Shown here: piece by piece, positions 11,740-30,669 of the stretch | How the letters are laid out: each line of letters begins with the position of its first letter | Numbering within the stretch: the stretch's first letter is position 1 | DNA from: Guillardia theta CCMP2712 | Taxonomy: Eukaryota > Protista > Cryptophyta | Assembly: GCF_000315625.1 (NCBI RefSeq) | Contig: NW_005434614.1 | Coordinates: forward strand, 269,219-333,218 | DNA: 64,000 nucleotides | Direction: 5' to 3' | Program-made: the position numbers and the translations under genes | The notes under the pieces: generated by a model | What the model was told of the DNA's origin: nothing | Database searches by the model: none | The model's input: only the letters and a program-made list of their open reading frames with translations

Positions 11740-14700
11740 ATGATACGACGGAAATCAAGAGGTGTGCGCTGGTGGATAGCCGCGCTTGTGTGGAGATGTC
11801 TAGGCTTGCAGCTATCCCTTGTGTTCACAGCACAGGTTTCAGCTTCACTCGTGCAGGTCCCACACCCTTCCAAGTGCCTGCCTGCTGCGTTCAACCTCTC
11901 GCGCTGGCCGAAATCCTCTCAGAGACGAAGTCTGACGTACCCCAACGGTTCTGCCGTCAGCGTCAGCCTGCCCTTCGAGTCATGGTCGTCAGCCCGAGTC
12001 TTGGCGCAGATCGCCTTCATCCTCCTGGACGAGGTCATGGACTACCGCACAGTCGTGTGGGATGGCGCTGGTCTCAACTCTGCTCAACCTGTGAACTATG
12101 CAGCCGGTTGCAAGGACCCTGACAGCACAACCTGCACTGTCTCCAACATCCAAGATCCCTTCCTTCACATCACCCTTGAGACCTGGTCGTTCGGAATTCG
12201 TCGAGTCTTCACCTTGCCACGGGACGTGCAGCCTACGCTGATCTCTGTGCTTGACTACAGCACGATCGACTCGTTGTTCATCTGGAACAGCGTCCTGCAG
12301 GCTGGAAAGCAAGATGGAATTGATTTGAACTACTACCAGCTCTACGACGCGAAATACTTTGTGCAGAGCAAATACTTTGACTCCTGGCAGCAACTGCTCA
12401 GTCTCATTCCGCCAGGAACAATCGAGACATGCAGCGAGCTGGATGCAGGAACTTACGCCAACACAAGAGAAGTGGAGACATACGTCAACGTCACTGGCAA
12501 CAACGACACTGCCTGTTTGGACGACAAAGTTTGGTTTTCTCCAGCCTGCCTCATGCTAAATGACACATCGCTGTGCATCCCATTGGTAGCGCAGTACAGC
12601 GTCTACTTGTACATGCAGTTGACCTACTGGCTGGACTTTCCTGTAGCCATGGTGAAGATGAGGGATGGGAAGCAGAAGTTTGATGATGCGTATTACAAGG
12701 TCGTCAAGTCAGGCAAGTTCTTGTTCGGTTGGTATCAGCCCGATGACAATCTGCTGGGGATCAAGGACGACTTCCCTGTCTCCCTCATGCTTCCTCCCTA
12801 CAATGCTCTGGAACAGCTGCACGGAGTGTATAAGACTGGCAACGAGTTCATCAAGCCGAGGAACTACGTGTGGAGGAAGCTGCCATCTGTTGACCCTCAC
12901 GTGACTTTCTTGGCGACCAGCTTGAACCTGTACGATGAGGACATGAACTCGCTAATGGCTGAGAGCGGCAAGATGAAGAATGTCACTTCCGACGTCTACC
13001 TCTCCTCCTGGCACGTGGCCTGCAACTGGGTCAAACAATCGCCTGCGGTGTGGGAGCAGTGGATCCCAGCCATCTGTGCGCCAGGACAGACAGCAGACCC
13101 CACGCTGTCGAACTGTGTGGCTTGTCCAGCTGGGTTCTACTGCGAAGGAGGCATCCAGCTAGCACAAGCCTGTCCCAAGGGCGCTTTCTGCCCTGCTAAC
13201 TCCTCTGCTCCTCAGACTTGCCCGAGCGGTTTGCAGACGACGAGAGACAAGATGACTAAGGAGAGTGATTGTAGCGACTGCACAGGCGACAACTACCTCA
13301 TCAACGGCAAGTGTATGTCGCTGTCAGTCTTGGTGATATCAATCTTCCTTCCTCTTGCTGTCTTTCTACTGTCGTCAGCCAAAATCATGAGGGTGCTTCA
13401 AGAATATTATCTCCCACAGGACGAGAAGCTGTTGATGTCAACGATGGAAGAATTGAGGAGCCAGTTGCTGATCAACAAGAAGTACGGCTTCTACCTCAGC
13501 AACGAGAGCGTCGAGATTTGGGTGGACAAGCAATCTATCACTTGCATTCAGTCGGATGCGATGGAGGCGGCATGCCGGCTGGCTCTCTTTCAAGAGGATT
13601 TCGATCTTTTCTTCTTTGACAACTTTTGCGCCACCTTGTGTCAGGTCGAGCGATACAACTCACAAGAGGAGGAGGGAGAGATCTCCCTGCAGCAGGAGAA
13701 GCTGCGGGAATGGCTCATGTCCATGGCTCTTGTGCTCCTTGACAGAAACAGTCCGGATCAGAGGATACAAACCGAGGATAGAGGAGGCCCAGGATCGACC
13801 GCGGCAGGAGCCTTGTACTTCGCGCAGGATGTGACGGAGACTGCCACGGTGGCGTCAGTCTCGGACGAAGAGCCCGGGGCCCGTCGGTTCCGATTCTTCC
13901 TGGACAAGTTCATCAGGGCCAAGGTCTGGATGGAGGACCAGGAGTTGTTCGAGAGGCTGAGAGAAGCTTGCCGGGAAAACGTGGAGGCGATGAGAGCTGA
14001 CTGCGAAGCGAGGTTCTCTCAGCTCATCAACTCTCCCAGCGGCTCTCGCCTCGAGCAGTTGAGCTGGGACAAGGAGGACAAGCAGATTTTCTCTTCTCCC
14101 AACCCCAGCAGCGAGAGAGGAAGGACCCTTTCCTCTTCGTCGATGGAGTTGAACATGTGGGACAAGTACTCCAGTGGTTTCATGGAAGGAGGAAACAAGA
14201 AGACTCTCCATCTGCTGCGACAGGATTCTTACCAGGTGTCACCGGCCTTCCTCGTCCTCCTCATTTCTCTCCCGCCCAAATCTTCGCCTTGCTCTCGTCC
14301 TCTCCCCTCGCTTTCTCTTCCTGTGGTATTGATCATCTTGTCTAGGTCAGAGCCATCGAGGTGGACGAAGCGAGCAGGATGGAGTCGAGGATCTCCTTCA
14401 ACAAGCTGGCAGAGAGCGGCGAAGTCTCGTGTGTGAGGGAGGACGTATTCATTTCACAGCTCCAGCAGCTCGCCAGCAGGTTAAACTCTGCCTTCCACAA
14501 GGCCATCCTCGACATCATTCTCAAGCACTGCCGCACTCAGATCAGCTCTGGGGTCACTTCCTCTGCTCTCCTGCAGCGCAGGTCCTCTCAGATCTTCTCT
14601 TGCCAGATGCTCCACCGGCAGGGAGAGATTGCCGCCGTCTTCCCCAGCTGCAAGACTGTGAAAAGTATGACAGAGAAGCTCAAAGACTTCGGTCCTCCTC

Positions 14701-15152
14701 ACCCAGCAGCAGTCTGGCCCTTGACCGCCAACGTGCTCGACCCCGTAAGGATGTGCATCATCTGCCAAGACGCAGCAGACATGCTGGAAGTGGTCTCGTG
14801 GCTGGAGGAACACCAGCGGCAGCACTCGGACCTCAAGATCTGTGAGATCGTCAACGGGTTCGGCAAGGAGGAGGGAGGCGCTCGATGGCGCGGGCTGAAG
14901 GTGCTGGTGCTGTTCGAGGACAGGGGAGGGGGGGGAGGGGGAGGGGGGGAAGGGGGAGGAGGAGGAGGAGTAGGATGCCCAGGTCGAGGAGGGGGAGGAG
15001 GGGGGGGAGGAGGCCGCATCATCGGGGAGGTTCAGCTGCAGGATAAAGAGCTCTTCGCTCTCAACTCGAGGATGTGCCGACTTGCGACGATGATTCGGTC
15101 GCCGACTATGGAGGAATACTTGAAGACCCTTGAAGCCGTCGAAGAGCAGTAG
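11740..15152 (+). CDS. Single-pass receptor-like protein (~1100 aa): signal peptide, periplasmic-binding-protein-like domain, GCC2_GCC3-like Cys-rich repeats, TM helix, cytoplasmic RelA/SpoT-synthetase-like nucleotidyltransferase domain
   Basis: Exon 11740-14235, phase-0 intron 14236-14345 and exon 14346-15152 join in frame. The N-terminus is hydrophobic. ESWSSARVLAQIAFILLDEVMDY and WHVACNWVKQSPAVWEQW resemble the ends of ProX/OpuAC-type binding domains. Cys-rich stretch CPAGFYCEGG..CPKGAFCP. TM LSVLVISIFLPLAVFLL. Synthetase-like motifs KTVKSMTEKL / VLDPVRMCII / WRGLKV / IGEVQL. Confidence 0.8.
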
Positions 15153-15267
15153 CCGGGTCATGTCTGTTTGTAAATAATGAGAGGAAGAGAATCTGGTGTT
15201 AGTTTTTAAGTTTCAGGGTTCTTTTGTTGGTGAAGATTGCTATGACTCTTTTGCTCCTAGTTATAAC

Positions 15268-15353
15268 ATGATCATCGCATCATGATGATCATGATGATCA
15301 TCATGTCATGATGATCATCATGAACTTAACTTTCATCATCATCATCGTCATGT

Positions 15354-15388
<35 letters not shown>

Positions 15389-15528
15389 TTGATGATGTTG
15401 ATGATGATGTTGATGTTGATGATGTTGANNNNNNNNNNNNNNNNNNNNNNNNNNNNNNNNNNNNNNNNNNNNNNNNNNNNNNNNNNNNNNNNNNNNNNNN
15501 NNNNNNNNNNNNNNNNNNNNNNNNNNNN

Positions 15529-15619
<91 letters not shown>

Positions 15620-15667
15620 TTGTTGTTGATGATCATGATGATGATGATGATGATCATGTTGATCATC
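15268..15667. repeat. (GAT/ATC)n microsatellite spanning the 100-N gap 15429-15528
   Basis: Read directly. Confidence 0.95.
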
Positions 15668-15894
15668 GAGTCAAGGTCTTTGTCTTTATCCGGGATCAGC
15701 ATTTGGTACCGGGGCGGACTTGGCACCTTCACCTAGGCGGGATGGCAGGAGAAGCAGGCGGTCGAGACGGAGGGAGAGAATAGAGAGGGAGAGAGGAGGA
15801 GAGGAGGAGAGGAGGAGAGAGGAAGGGAGGACAAGGATGAGCCAGATGAGACTAGACAAAGAAGATGGAGGAGGAGATGGGATGTGAATTGAGC

Positions 15895-17651
15895 AGGAAG
15901 TCTTTGAAGGTCTGGAGATGAATCTCTACATCGAAGAGATCAAGGACGGAAATGAAACGCGAGTGAGTCTCACAGCCTTGATTGTTTTTGATCCTCTCTT
16001 GATGATCATGTAGACTCTTGCTCTCTCCGCAAAGACTCTCAAGACAGGAGGCGAATCCCCGCAAGCTCGTGATCTCGTTTGCCACTCCCTCGCTCGACCT
16101 CAAGTCTCGGGGCAGGGGGAGGACATGCTGCCGTGCTGATGGGGTCGAGCCTCTACATCATCGGGGGAGCGAATCGCAAGTGAGTTGTGCCTCCCCATAT
16201 TGCTGCATGATGTTTCGCGTCGTAGCCAGGAATACTCGACGAGGATAGCAAAGTTTGACCTCCGCCAAGGGAAATGGAAAGTATTGCAGGGAGGGTGACA
16301 GGCGTGTTGACATGTGGAGGACAAGCAGGGAGGACGTGGAGGCTACAGGAGGCAGCCCTCCTCCTCGTGCTGGACATACTGCAGTCGTCTGGTAGGAGCG
16401 AGCAGGAAGCCGCATCCTGCTGAAATGCCTGTCAAGGTCGCAGCGCAACGCTGTTGTGCATGGCGGGATGTACATGCCAACCCAAGAGTTCTACAACGAC
16501 ACGTGGGTCCTCAAGGAGGAGGACGGCAGCCTGTGCTGGCTAGAACCGGTTTATCGCTCATCTTTACTCGACCTCATTTCTCATGCTGCTGAGCAGCGGC
16601 AGGAGGGACTGACGCCCTCAGCTCGCAACTCGCACACGGCAACACTAGTTGAGGGGGAGGAAGGAGCCGAGAAGATGGTGGTGATAGGAGGAGGAAGCTC
16701 CAGTGGTCTGCTGCTGAGTGTGAGACAACATTTGTTGATGGAGAGAGCTGATCCCCGTCCCTAACCTCGGCAGGTTGAGATAGCAGACCTTCAGGATCTC
16801 CCTGACAAGGTTTCGCTTGCTTGCAACGAATGTCGTGCTGAACATGCTTGAAGATCACCTGGAGTAAGTGCGAGGAGGAGTCCTTGTCTCGGATCTCGCC
16901 GCGAGAGATGCACACCTGCTCGCTCTACAAGGATTTCTTGATCATCTTCGGAGGGAGGGTCGACGGGGTATCACTCATCTCCCTTCCTTGCCTCTGGCAT
17001 GTTGAAAGGTGTGAAGGAAGAGGTAGTGTCGTCGGAAGCGATCTTGATAGACAAGACGTCGTTGAAGGCACTTGTGATGACAGCGCAATCCGTCACCTCA
17101 CTTATGAACCAGGTAGTCAAGGTTGAGAGCACGAGCTTCAAACGTTGCGGACATGCCATGGCTAAGGTTTTCCGTCTCTTCTCAGGACGCCATGCTGACC
17201 TTGCGAAGCTGAGAGACTCCCGGCTCATCCTGGTGGGAGGACTCGATCTCACGGCACCGGAAATCTGCGCTCAGAGCGTCGTGATCGATCTCGGTGAAGG
17301 ATGCGATGCTGCCTCGTGTCTTGCTCTGCGCGATGTTTTCATACACCGGAGAATGTCTGCTACTTGTCTGACTGTTGAATGAGAAGAGCTCCAAGACCCT
17401 CCACCTTCTACGCAAGAAACTTTCTCTCTTCGATGCGACGTGCCCGAGCAGGCAAGCTCCTCCCCCTCCTCCGTCTTTTGCCGCTGACAAGCCGCTGGCA
17501 GGAGGACGGCGAGACGCTGGCAAGGTTCGCTCACAGTGCTACAACCGTGACGACGGGAGGAGAGGGAGAGGTTCTTGTGTTCGGAGGCGTCAACTTCTCG
17601 TCCGACCTCAACGACGTGGTCGCCATCACGAGCTCTGTCGCAAAGGAGTAG
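15895..17651 (+). CDS. Kelch-repeat beta-propeller protein (multi-exon; start uncertain)
   Basis: Kelch motifs across exons: GGHAAVLMGSSLYIIGG, PPPRAGHTAVV..VVHGG..FYNDTWVL, PSARNSHTATL..MVVIGG, SPREMHTCSL..LIIFGG, RCGHAM..LILVGG, ARFAHSAT..VLVFGG..LNDV. Confidence 0.85.
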
Positions 17652-17787
17652 GCAAGCAGTGATGGCAGGAGGTTTCATTACACGATCACGTCAAAACTGC
17701 TATCGCTGTACACTACAGTTAACAAGAGAGGCGACCAGACGTCTAGCCCGGGTCGTCCTCCCGCCTTAGCCTTGCTTCATCATCGAC
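17514..17787 (+). repeat. Left arm of a ~274-bp inverted duplication (partner 19621-19895); runs into an N gap
   Basis: Its reverse complement matches 19621-19895 except for one 1-bp indel. The ORF-track peptides at 17575(+) and 19583(-) are near-identical. Confidence 0.95.
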
Positions 17788-18141
17788 NNNNNNNNNNNNN
17801 NNNNNNNNNNNNNNNNNNNNNNNNNNNNNNNNNNNNNNNNNNNNNNNNNNNNNNNNNNNNNNNNNNNNNNNNNNNNNNNNNNNNNNNNNNNNNNNNNNNN
17901 NNNNNNNNNNNNNNNNNNNNNNNNNNNNNNNNNNNNNNNNNNNNNNNNNNNNNNNNNNNNNNNNNNNNNNNNNNNNNNNNNNNNNNNNNNNNNNNNNNNN
18001 NNNNNNNNNNNNNNNNNNNNNNNNNNNNNNNNNNNNNNNNNNNNNNNNNNNNNNNNNNNNNNNNNNNNNNNNNNNNNNNNNNNNNNNNNNNNNNNNNNNN
18101 NNNNNNNNNNNNNNNNNNNNNNNNNNNNNNNNNNNNNNNNN
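17788..18141. other. Assembly gap (354 N); other gaps at 15429-15528, 26287-26386, 35132-35357 and 37154-37253
   Basis: N runs. Confidence 1.
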
Positions 18142-19081
18142 TAGATGATCGGCCAAAGATTAAAGTCATCACCGATTAGTCACAGACACAGCCATCAAGG
18201 AGTCATCATCAGGTTCCCTCAGGACAAGTCGGGCAAGCCCTGTCTTACCTCATCTGATCTATGTAGAACTCTTCGAGAGGAGTGAAATTCGGGAGTTGAG
18301 GAGGAGTCGTGGTGGTGGTGGACGACGACGAGGAGAACGAAGAGGAGGAGGAGGAGGAGGAGGAGGAGGGTACGTGTACTTCACAGAGTGTGTGGAGGGT
18401 GCGAGTTCAAAAGGCGGACAAGGGGGAGGCGGTGCAGATGGCCAAAGGGGGAAAAGAGAAGCGTTGATGGATGAGAAGGGGTGGTTCAATGGGTTGCAAG
18501 GAGGGGTGGGGGGTGGCTAGAAGAGCAACGGTTCGAAACGATGCGAAATCAACCTGAAATCGAACATAGGTCTTTTAGTAATGATGACAGATTTAGCTGG
18601 CCAAAATAGAACCAAAGGATATAAAGTTGCAGCTCTTCGAGACGTTGATAGAATCCCTCTACTGCAAATCACGTCCCTCTACTTCAAAATCACGTACCCA
18701 GTACCCCTCCAATGCCCCTTGTTTGCCCCTCTCTCGCCATCCCGACGGTTTTACTACTGACAATCGCAGTTATGAAATGACGTGGTTTTACATCTTTTCC
18801 CGTGACGACGGATAACTGTATCCGTGATTGAAGTAAAACAGCATCGCTTGCCCAAAGGAGCCAGCTAACAAGGGTGGCGTCTCGTGCGGATCAGCAAGTA
18901 CGGGGTCCTTCTAGTCACAAAACATCGTCAAATATGGGGTAGGGTCATACAGTGCAGGGGTATGTAAGGGTAGTTGATTGCCCCGCTTGCCATATCTCCT
19001 CCCTTCGTCCCCCCAACGCGATTTAAATCCCCCACTCTCTGTCACTCCCCCACTAAACTGCCTCCTCCTCTCCCACGCGCC

Positions 19082-19642
19082 ATGAGTCCTCAACCGATGA
19101 ACATGACTCCCTCTGCCGATCATAGCGAGCTCTCTCTTCCTGACAACTCCCCTTCCCATCACGCCATCGCCCTCCAGTTCTCCTCCCTCAAGCTCCTCTC
19201 CGCTCAGCCTCACATCCCCTATGATGCCTCCTCCAGCGACCAGGACTCCCCTATGTCCGACGTCTCTGAGGACGAGGACGCGAGCTCCTGCCCTGTGCAG
19301 CCACGCAAGCCCATCCCCTCCGCTCATCGGGGACGTCGCGTCCACCGTCGACTCCTCAGGACCAGGTCGTCCGGGACCCTCAGCCCCAAGCGGACCATCG
19401 CCAAGCCTCGCTTCTACTCCTCCCGGCCTGCGGGGAGGATAGGCGTCTCCTCCTCGGAGTCCTCCTCGGAGTCAGAGACCTCGCAGTCCGACTCGGACGA
19501 GGAGGAGCGGATGAAGGAGGCGGCAGGGGCCTTCGCGGGAGCAGGCTTCATGCCGTTGGGGATGATGTCGCTCATGTGCAAGTCAGGGAGCAAGCGGCAC
19601 TTTGAGGTCGCCAAGCGAGTGTCGATGATGAAGCAAGGCTAA
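19082..19642 (+). CDS. Ser/acidic-rich, likely disordered protein of unknown function (~186 aa, intronless)
   Basis: ATG at 19082 within ORF 18974..19642, GC3-rich codons, no domain recognised. Confidence 0.6.
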   Translation: MSPQPMNMTPSADHSELSLPDNSPSHHAIALQFSSLKLLSAQPHIPYDASSSDQDSPMSDVSEDEDASSCPVQPRKPIPSAHRGRRVHRRLLRTRSSGTLSPKRTIAKPRFYSSRPAGRIGVSSSESSSESETSQSDSDEEERMKEAAGAFAGAGFMPLGMMSLMCKSGSKRHFEVAKRVSMMKQG

Positions 19643-19895
19643 GGACGGGAGGACGACCCGGGCTAGACGTCTGGTCGCCTCTCTTGTTAACTGTAGTGTA
19701 CAGCGATAGCAGTTTTGACGTGATCGTGTAATGAAACCTCCTGCCATCACTGCTTGCCTACTCCTTTGCGACAGAGCTCGTGATGGCGACCACGTCGTTG
19801 AGGTCGGACGAGAAGTTGACGCCTCCGAACACAAGAACCTCTCCCTCTCCTCCCGTCGTCACGGTTGTAGCACTGTGAGCGAACCTTGCCAGCGT
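19621..19895 (-). repeat. Right arm of the inverted duplication; contains an orphan copy of the Kelch gene's last ~45 codons
   Basis: Reverse complement of 17514-17787. Homology stops abruptly at ~19895, inside Kelch coding sequence. Confidence 0.93.
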
Positions 19896-20090
19896 TTTGA
19901 CGGAGCACATGTCAAAGTTGTTTGGTGGACTTGTGGTTTGACAAAATTATGCAGAGATGAGTTGACCTTGTGGCAAGACAGGCTTAGCTGAGTACCGAGT
20001 TTGATGCACGAGGAACAAGGGTTGAGGGGCACATGGGAGATAGACAGCAGGCTAAGATCTGAAATGCAAGCATCTGCCTGTAAGAGACAA

Positions 20091-20180
20091 CTAGCTCCAG
20101 ACTAGCTCCTGGACTAGCTCCTGGACCAGCTCCTGGACCAGCTCCTGGACCAGCTACTGGACTAGCTCCTGGACTAGCTC
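20091..20180. repeat. 12-bp minisatellite C(T/C)AGCTCCTGGA x ~7.5
   Basis: Read directly. Confidence 0.92.
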
Positions 20181-20239
20181 GGCAGCCGCCGGCTCTGCCG
20201 ACTGCCGCGGACTCGACCGCAAATTCTGGTCAACCGGCT

Positions 20240-28184
<7,945 letters not shown>

Positions 28185-28619
28185 GGTGGGGAGGAGGCGG
28201 CTAGAGTTGTTGCTGGTGATGGAGCAGTAAAGGAGGTGGTTGTTGGTACCAAACACAAGGAGTGGGAAGTGAAGAAGGGGGCAGGGTGAGGGAGAGGAGG
28301 GAGGGAGGGCGAGAGGGAGGGGAGGGAGGGCGGGCGGGAGGAAGAGAGGAGAGGGAGAGAGGAGATGGAGAGAGGAGAGGGAGAGAGAAGAGGGAGGGAG
28401 GAGAGGGAGGGAGGGAGGGAGGGAGGAAAGTCGTTGGTGGTGGTTGAACTTGCAAAGCGGATATAGGAGAGAGATTGGAAATTGTGACAAGTGAATAAAA
28501 GAATAGAATACGATTTCTTGTCTAATATCGTTAGAGCTATCTTACAGGGATATTCTATGAATCATATTCGTCTCCTCTCCTCCTCCTCCTCTACTTCCAT
28601 GGGTCTTCCTCCGACTCCT

Positions 28620-29861
28620 TCAAATCAACTCTGGCACCAGCGGGATGGAAGGGCACACGTCACCAGTGGAGGAGGAGCAGGAGGAGCCGAAGCTCATGCT
28701 CGTCTCCCCCTCATCCTCCTCCACCTGCTCGATGTACCTGTGAAGGAGCGACTTGTCACTTCGCTTCCTCCGGATTTTTTCGAGGCAGCTGAGCAGCGAG
28801 ACCTCGTGCTGCTGCTGCTGCCGCTGCTGCAGCCAGGGATGCTTTAGAACGCTTCTCAACGAGAGCCGTTCCTCGGGAGCCTGACGCAGCATCGCTCCCA
28901 CCAGGTCCTTCTCCTCCTCACTCCAGCAGGCAGGGAGCGCAAGCTTTGCTGCTGCTATGTTGCTGTAGAGCTCCTCGATGCTGTCGCCCTGGAAGGGGAG
29001 CTCCTCCTCTAGCAGGACGTACAGCGTCACTGCTGCCGCCCACAGATCGCTCAGCACCATTGAGAACGGCAGGCCGCGAGCAGCCTCAGGCAGCTGGAAC
29101 TCAGGCGTTCCCACCACCACCTGTGTCATGTCGGAGGTGAACTGGTCGATCCTCTCAGCGGAACCGAAGTCGACGAGCTTGACAAGGCCGTCGGAGTTGA
29201 GGAGGAGGTTGGAGGGCTTGATATCTCGGTGCACCACCCCCTTGCTGTGACAGGCGCTGATCCCGCTCATGAGCTGAGCGAAGATCTCTCTGCACATGGA
29301 GGAGGGGAGGCCATGGCGGGGAGCAAGGAGTCCAGCATCCTCTCGCTCCCTCCGGTGCTCAGCATGTGCCTCCAGCAGGTTCTGGATGCTGAAAAGATTG
29401 GCGAGCTCGAACACCAGGTACACCTGCTGCCCGTCCTCGAGCCCTATCACGTCCAGCAACTGGATCACGTTCTGGTGCCTGACCGACCTGACGCATCGGA
29501 TCTCCTTCCTCAGCTTCTTCTCCCCGTCCTTGATCTTTCTGATCGACCTCCTGCTCATGATCTTCACCGCTACTCGCATTCCGAAGTCCTCGCTCCCCTC
29601 CTTGACTACCAACCCCTCCTTCACCTTCCCGAAGGACCCCTCCCCGAGCTCGTCTCCCAGCACGTAGTCACCGACTCTCCTCAGAGAGCTTCTGCGAGAC
29701 GGGGAGATGGAGAGATCTGCGATACACTCCATGTCTACTCGAGCCTGATCTGTTCTTGACATTGCTGCTTCAATCACGTCCATCATGATGTTCTTCTGTC
29801 TCTGGTCACTCCCCGATGCCTTCACTTGTTCATCGCATGATGATTTGCCCTCGTCTCCCAC
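28620..29861 (-). CDS. STK11: Ser/Thr protein kinase, LKB1/STK11-like
   Basis: VGDYVLGDELGEGSFGKVKE, VAVKIM..IRKIKDGEKKLRKEI, HRDIKPSNLLL, DFG, GTPEFQLPEAARG and PFQGDSIEELYSNI parallel LKB1 family motifs. First in-frame ATG at 29786. The kinase domain is intronless. Kinase identity is certain; orthology is inferred. Confidence 0.8.
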   Translation of the reverse strand: MGDEGKSSCDEQVKASGSDQRQKNIMMDVIEAAMSRTDQARVDMECIADLSISPSRRSSLRRVGDYVLGDELGEGSFGKVKEGLVVKEGSEDFGMRVAVKIMSRRSIRKIKDGEKKLRKEIRCVRSVRHQNVIQLLDVIGLEDGQQVYLVFELANLFSIQNLLEAHAEHRREREDAGLLAPRHGLPSSMCREIFAQLMSGISACHSKGVVHRDIKPSNLLLNSDGLVKLVDFGSAERIDQFTSDMTQVVVGTPEFQLPEAARGLPFSMVLSDLWAAAVTLYVLLEEELPFQGDSIEELYSNIAAAKLALPACWSEEEKDLVGAMLRQAPEERLSLRSVLKHPWLQQRQQQQHEVSLLSCLEKIRRKRSDKSLLHRYIEQVEEDEGETSMSFGSSCSSSTGDVCPSIPLVPELI

Positions 29862-30669
29862 AATGCTTCATATACCTGCCGGCAACACATCACATGCGCA
29901 TTCGGAGCAATCACATTAGGAATGTCATGCTGTTCGTTTTGCCTGTGCCTTTTCATTCCAAATCATCTCTTGGACTCAAACTTATGGCAGGCAAGCTCTC
30001 CTTTCTCATCTTGTACATCTTCTGAACGCTCTTCTCCCTCGCTCTATCTCTCTCTTCGCTCCTCTGCCCTCCCTCGCATTTTCGTACGATGTTGAGTCCC
30101 CTGGCAGGGGAAGATGGAAAGGTTCTGGTTCTTCTACCCGGTCCCTTTCCAGACATTGAAGTGGGTAGGGGGTACCTTTTGGGGACTGAGCGCTGTAAAT
30201 GATGGGGTATAAATCACAGATATCAGGGGGTGGGGGTAGGCAGCGGGGGAACAAGGTAGACGACCGGGGTAGTGAACAGGGAGGGGGTGGGGTGGTGGCG
30301 TGCAAACGTGTTCATAGGAACAAGGGAACAGGGGCGTACTTTCAAAGGACATAGAAGGGGTGGGGTGGTGTGATCCTGGGGAATAAGGGGGGTATAATTG
30401 TGGTATCTGGGTAGGGTGGGGTGGTATGTGGGGTAGTGAAGGGGAAGGGGAATGGGGCATGTGGGGGAGATTTGTAAAAACGTGGTTGAGCAAAGTTTGA
30501 TAAAATATTATAAAATGAGTTTAACTAATATTTAGTACGATATATATATGGCCTTCTATAAATAGCCGATATAAAAGTACATAACGTACATTTTTATTTG
30601 TACCTATTCACCGAATAATATTTGTATTGATGCCGTACAACAACTTAGTACCAGCAGTTCCTTTCACTT

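Noticed and set aside
15301-15736. Poly-Met / poly-Ile ORFs
   Set aside because: They are translations of a (GAT)n microsatellite and an N gap.
18575-18765. C/D-box snoRNA (ATGATGA at 18581)
   Set aside because: No suitably spaced D box with a terminal stem, and no recognisable guide sequence.
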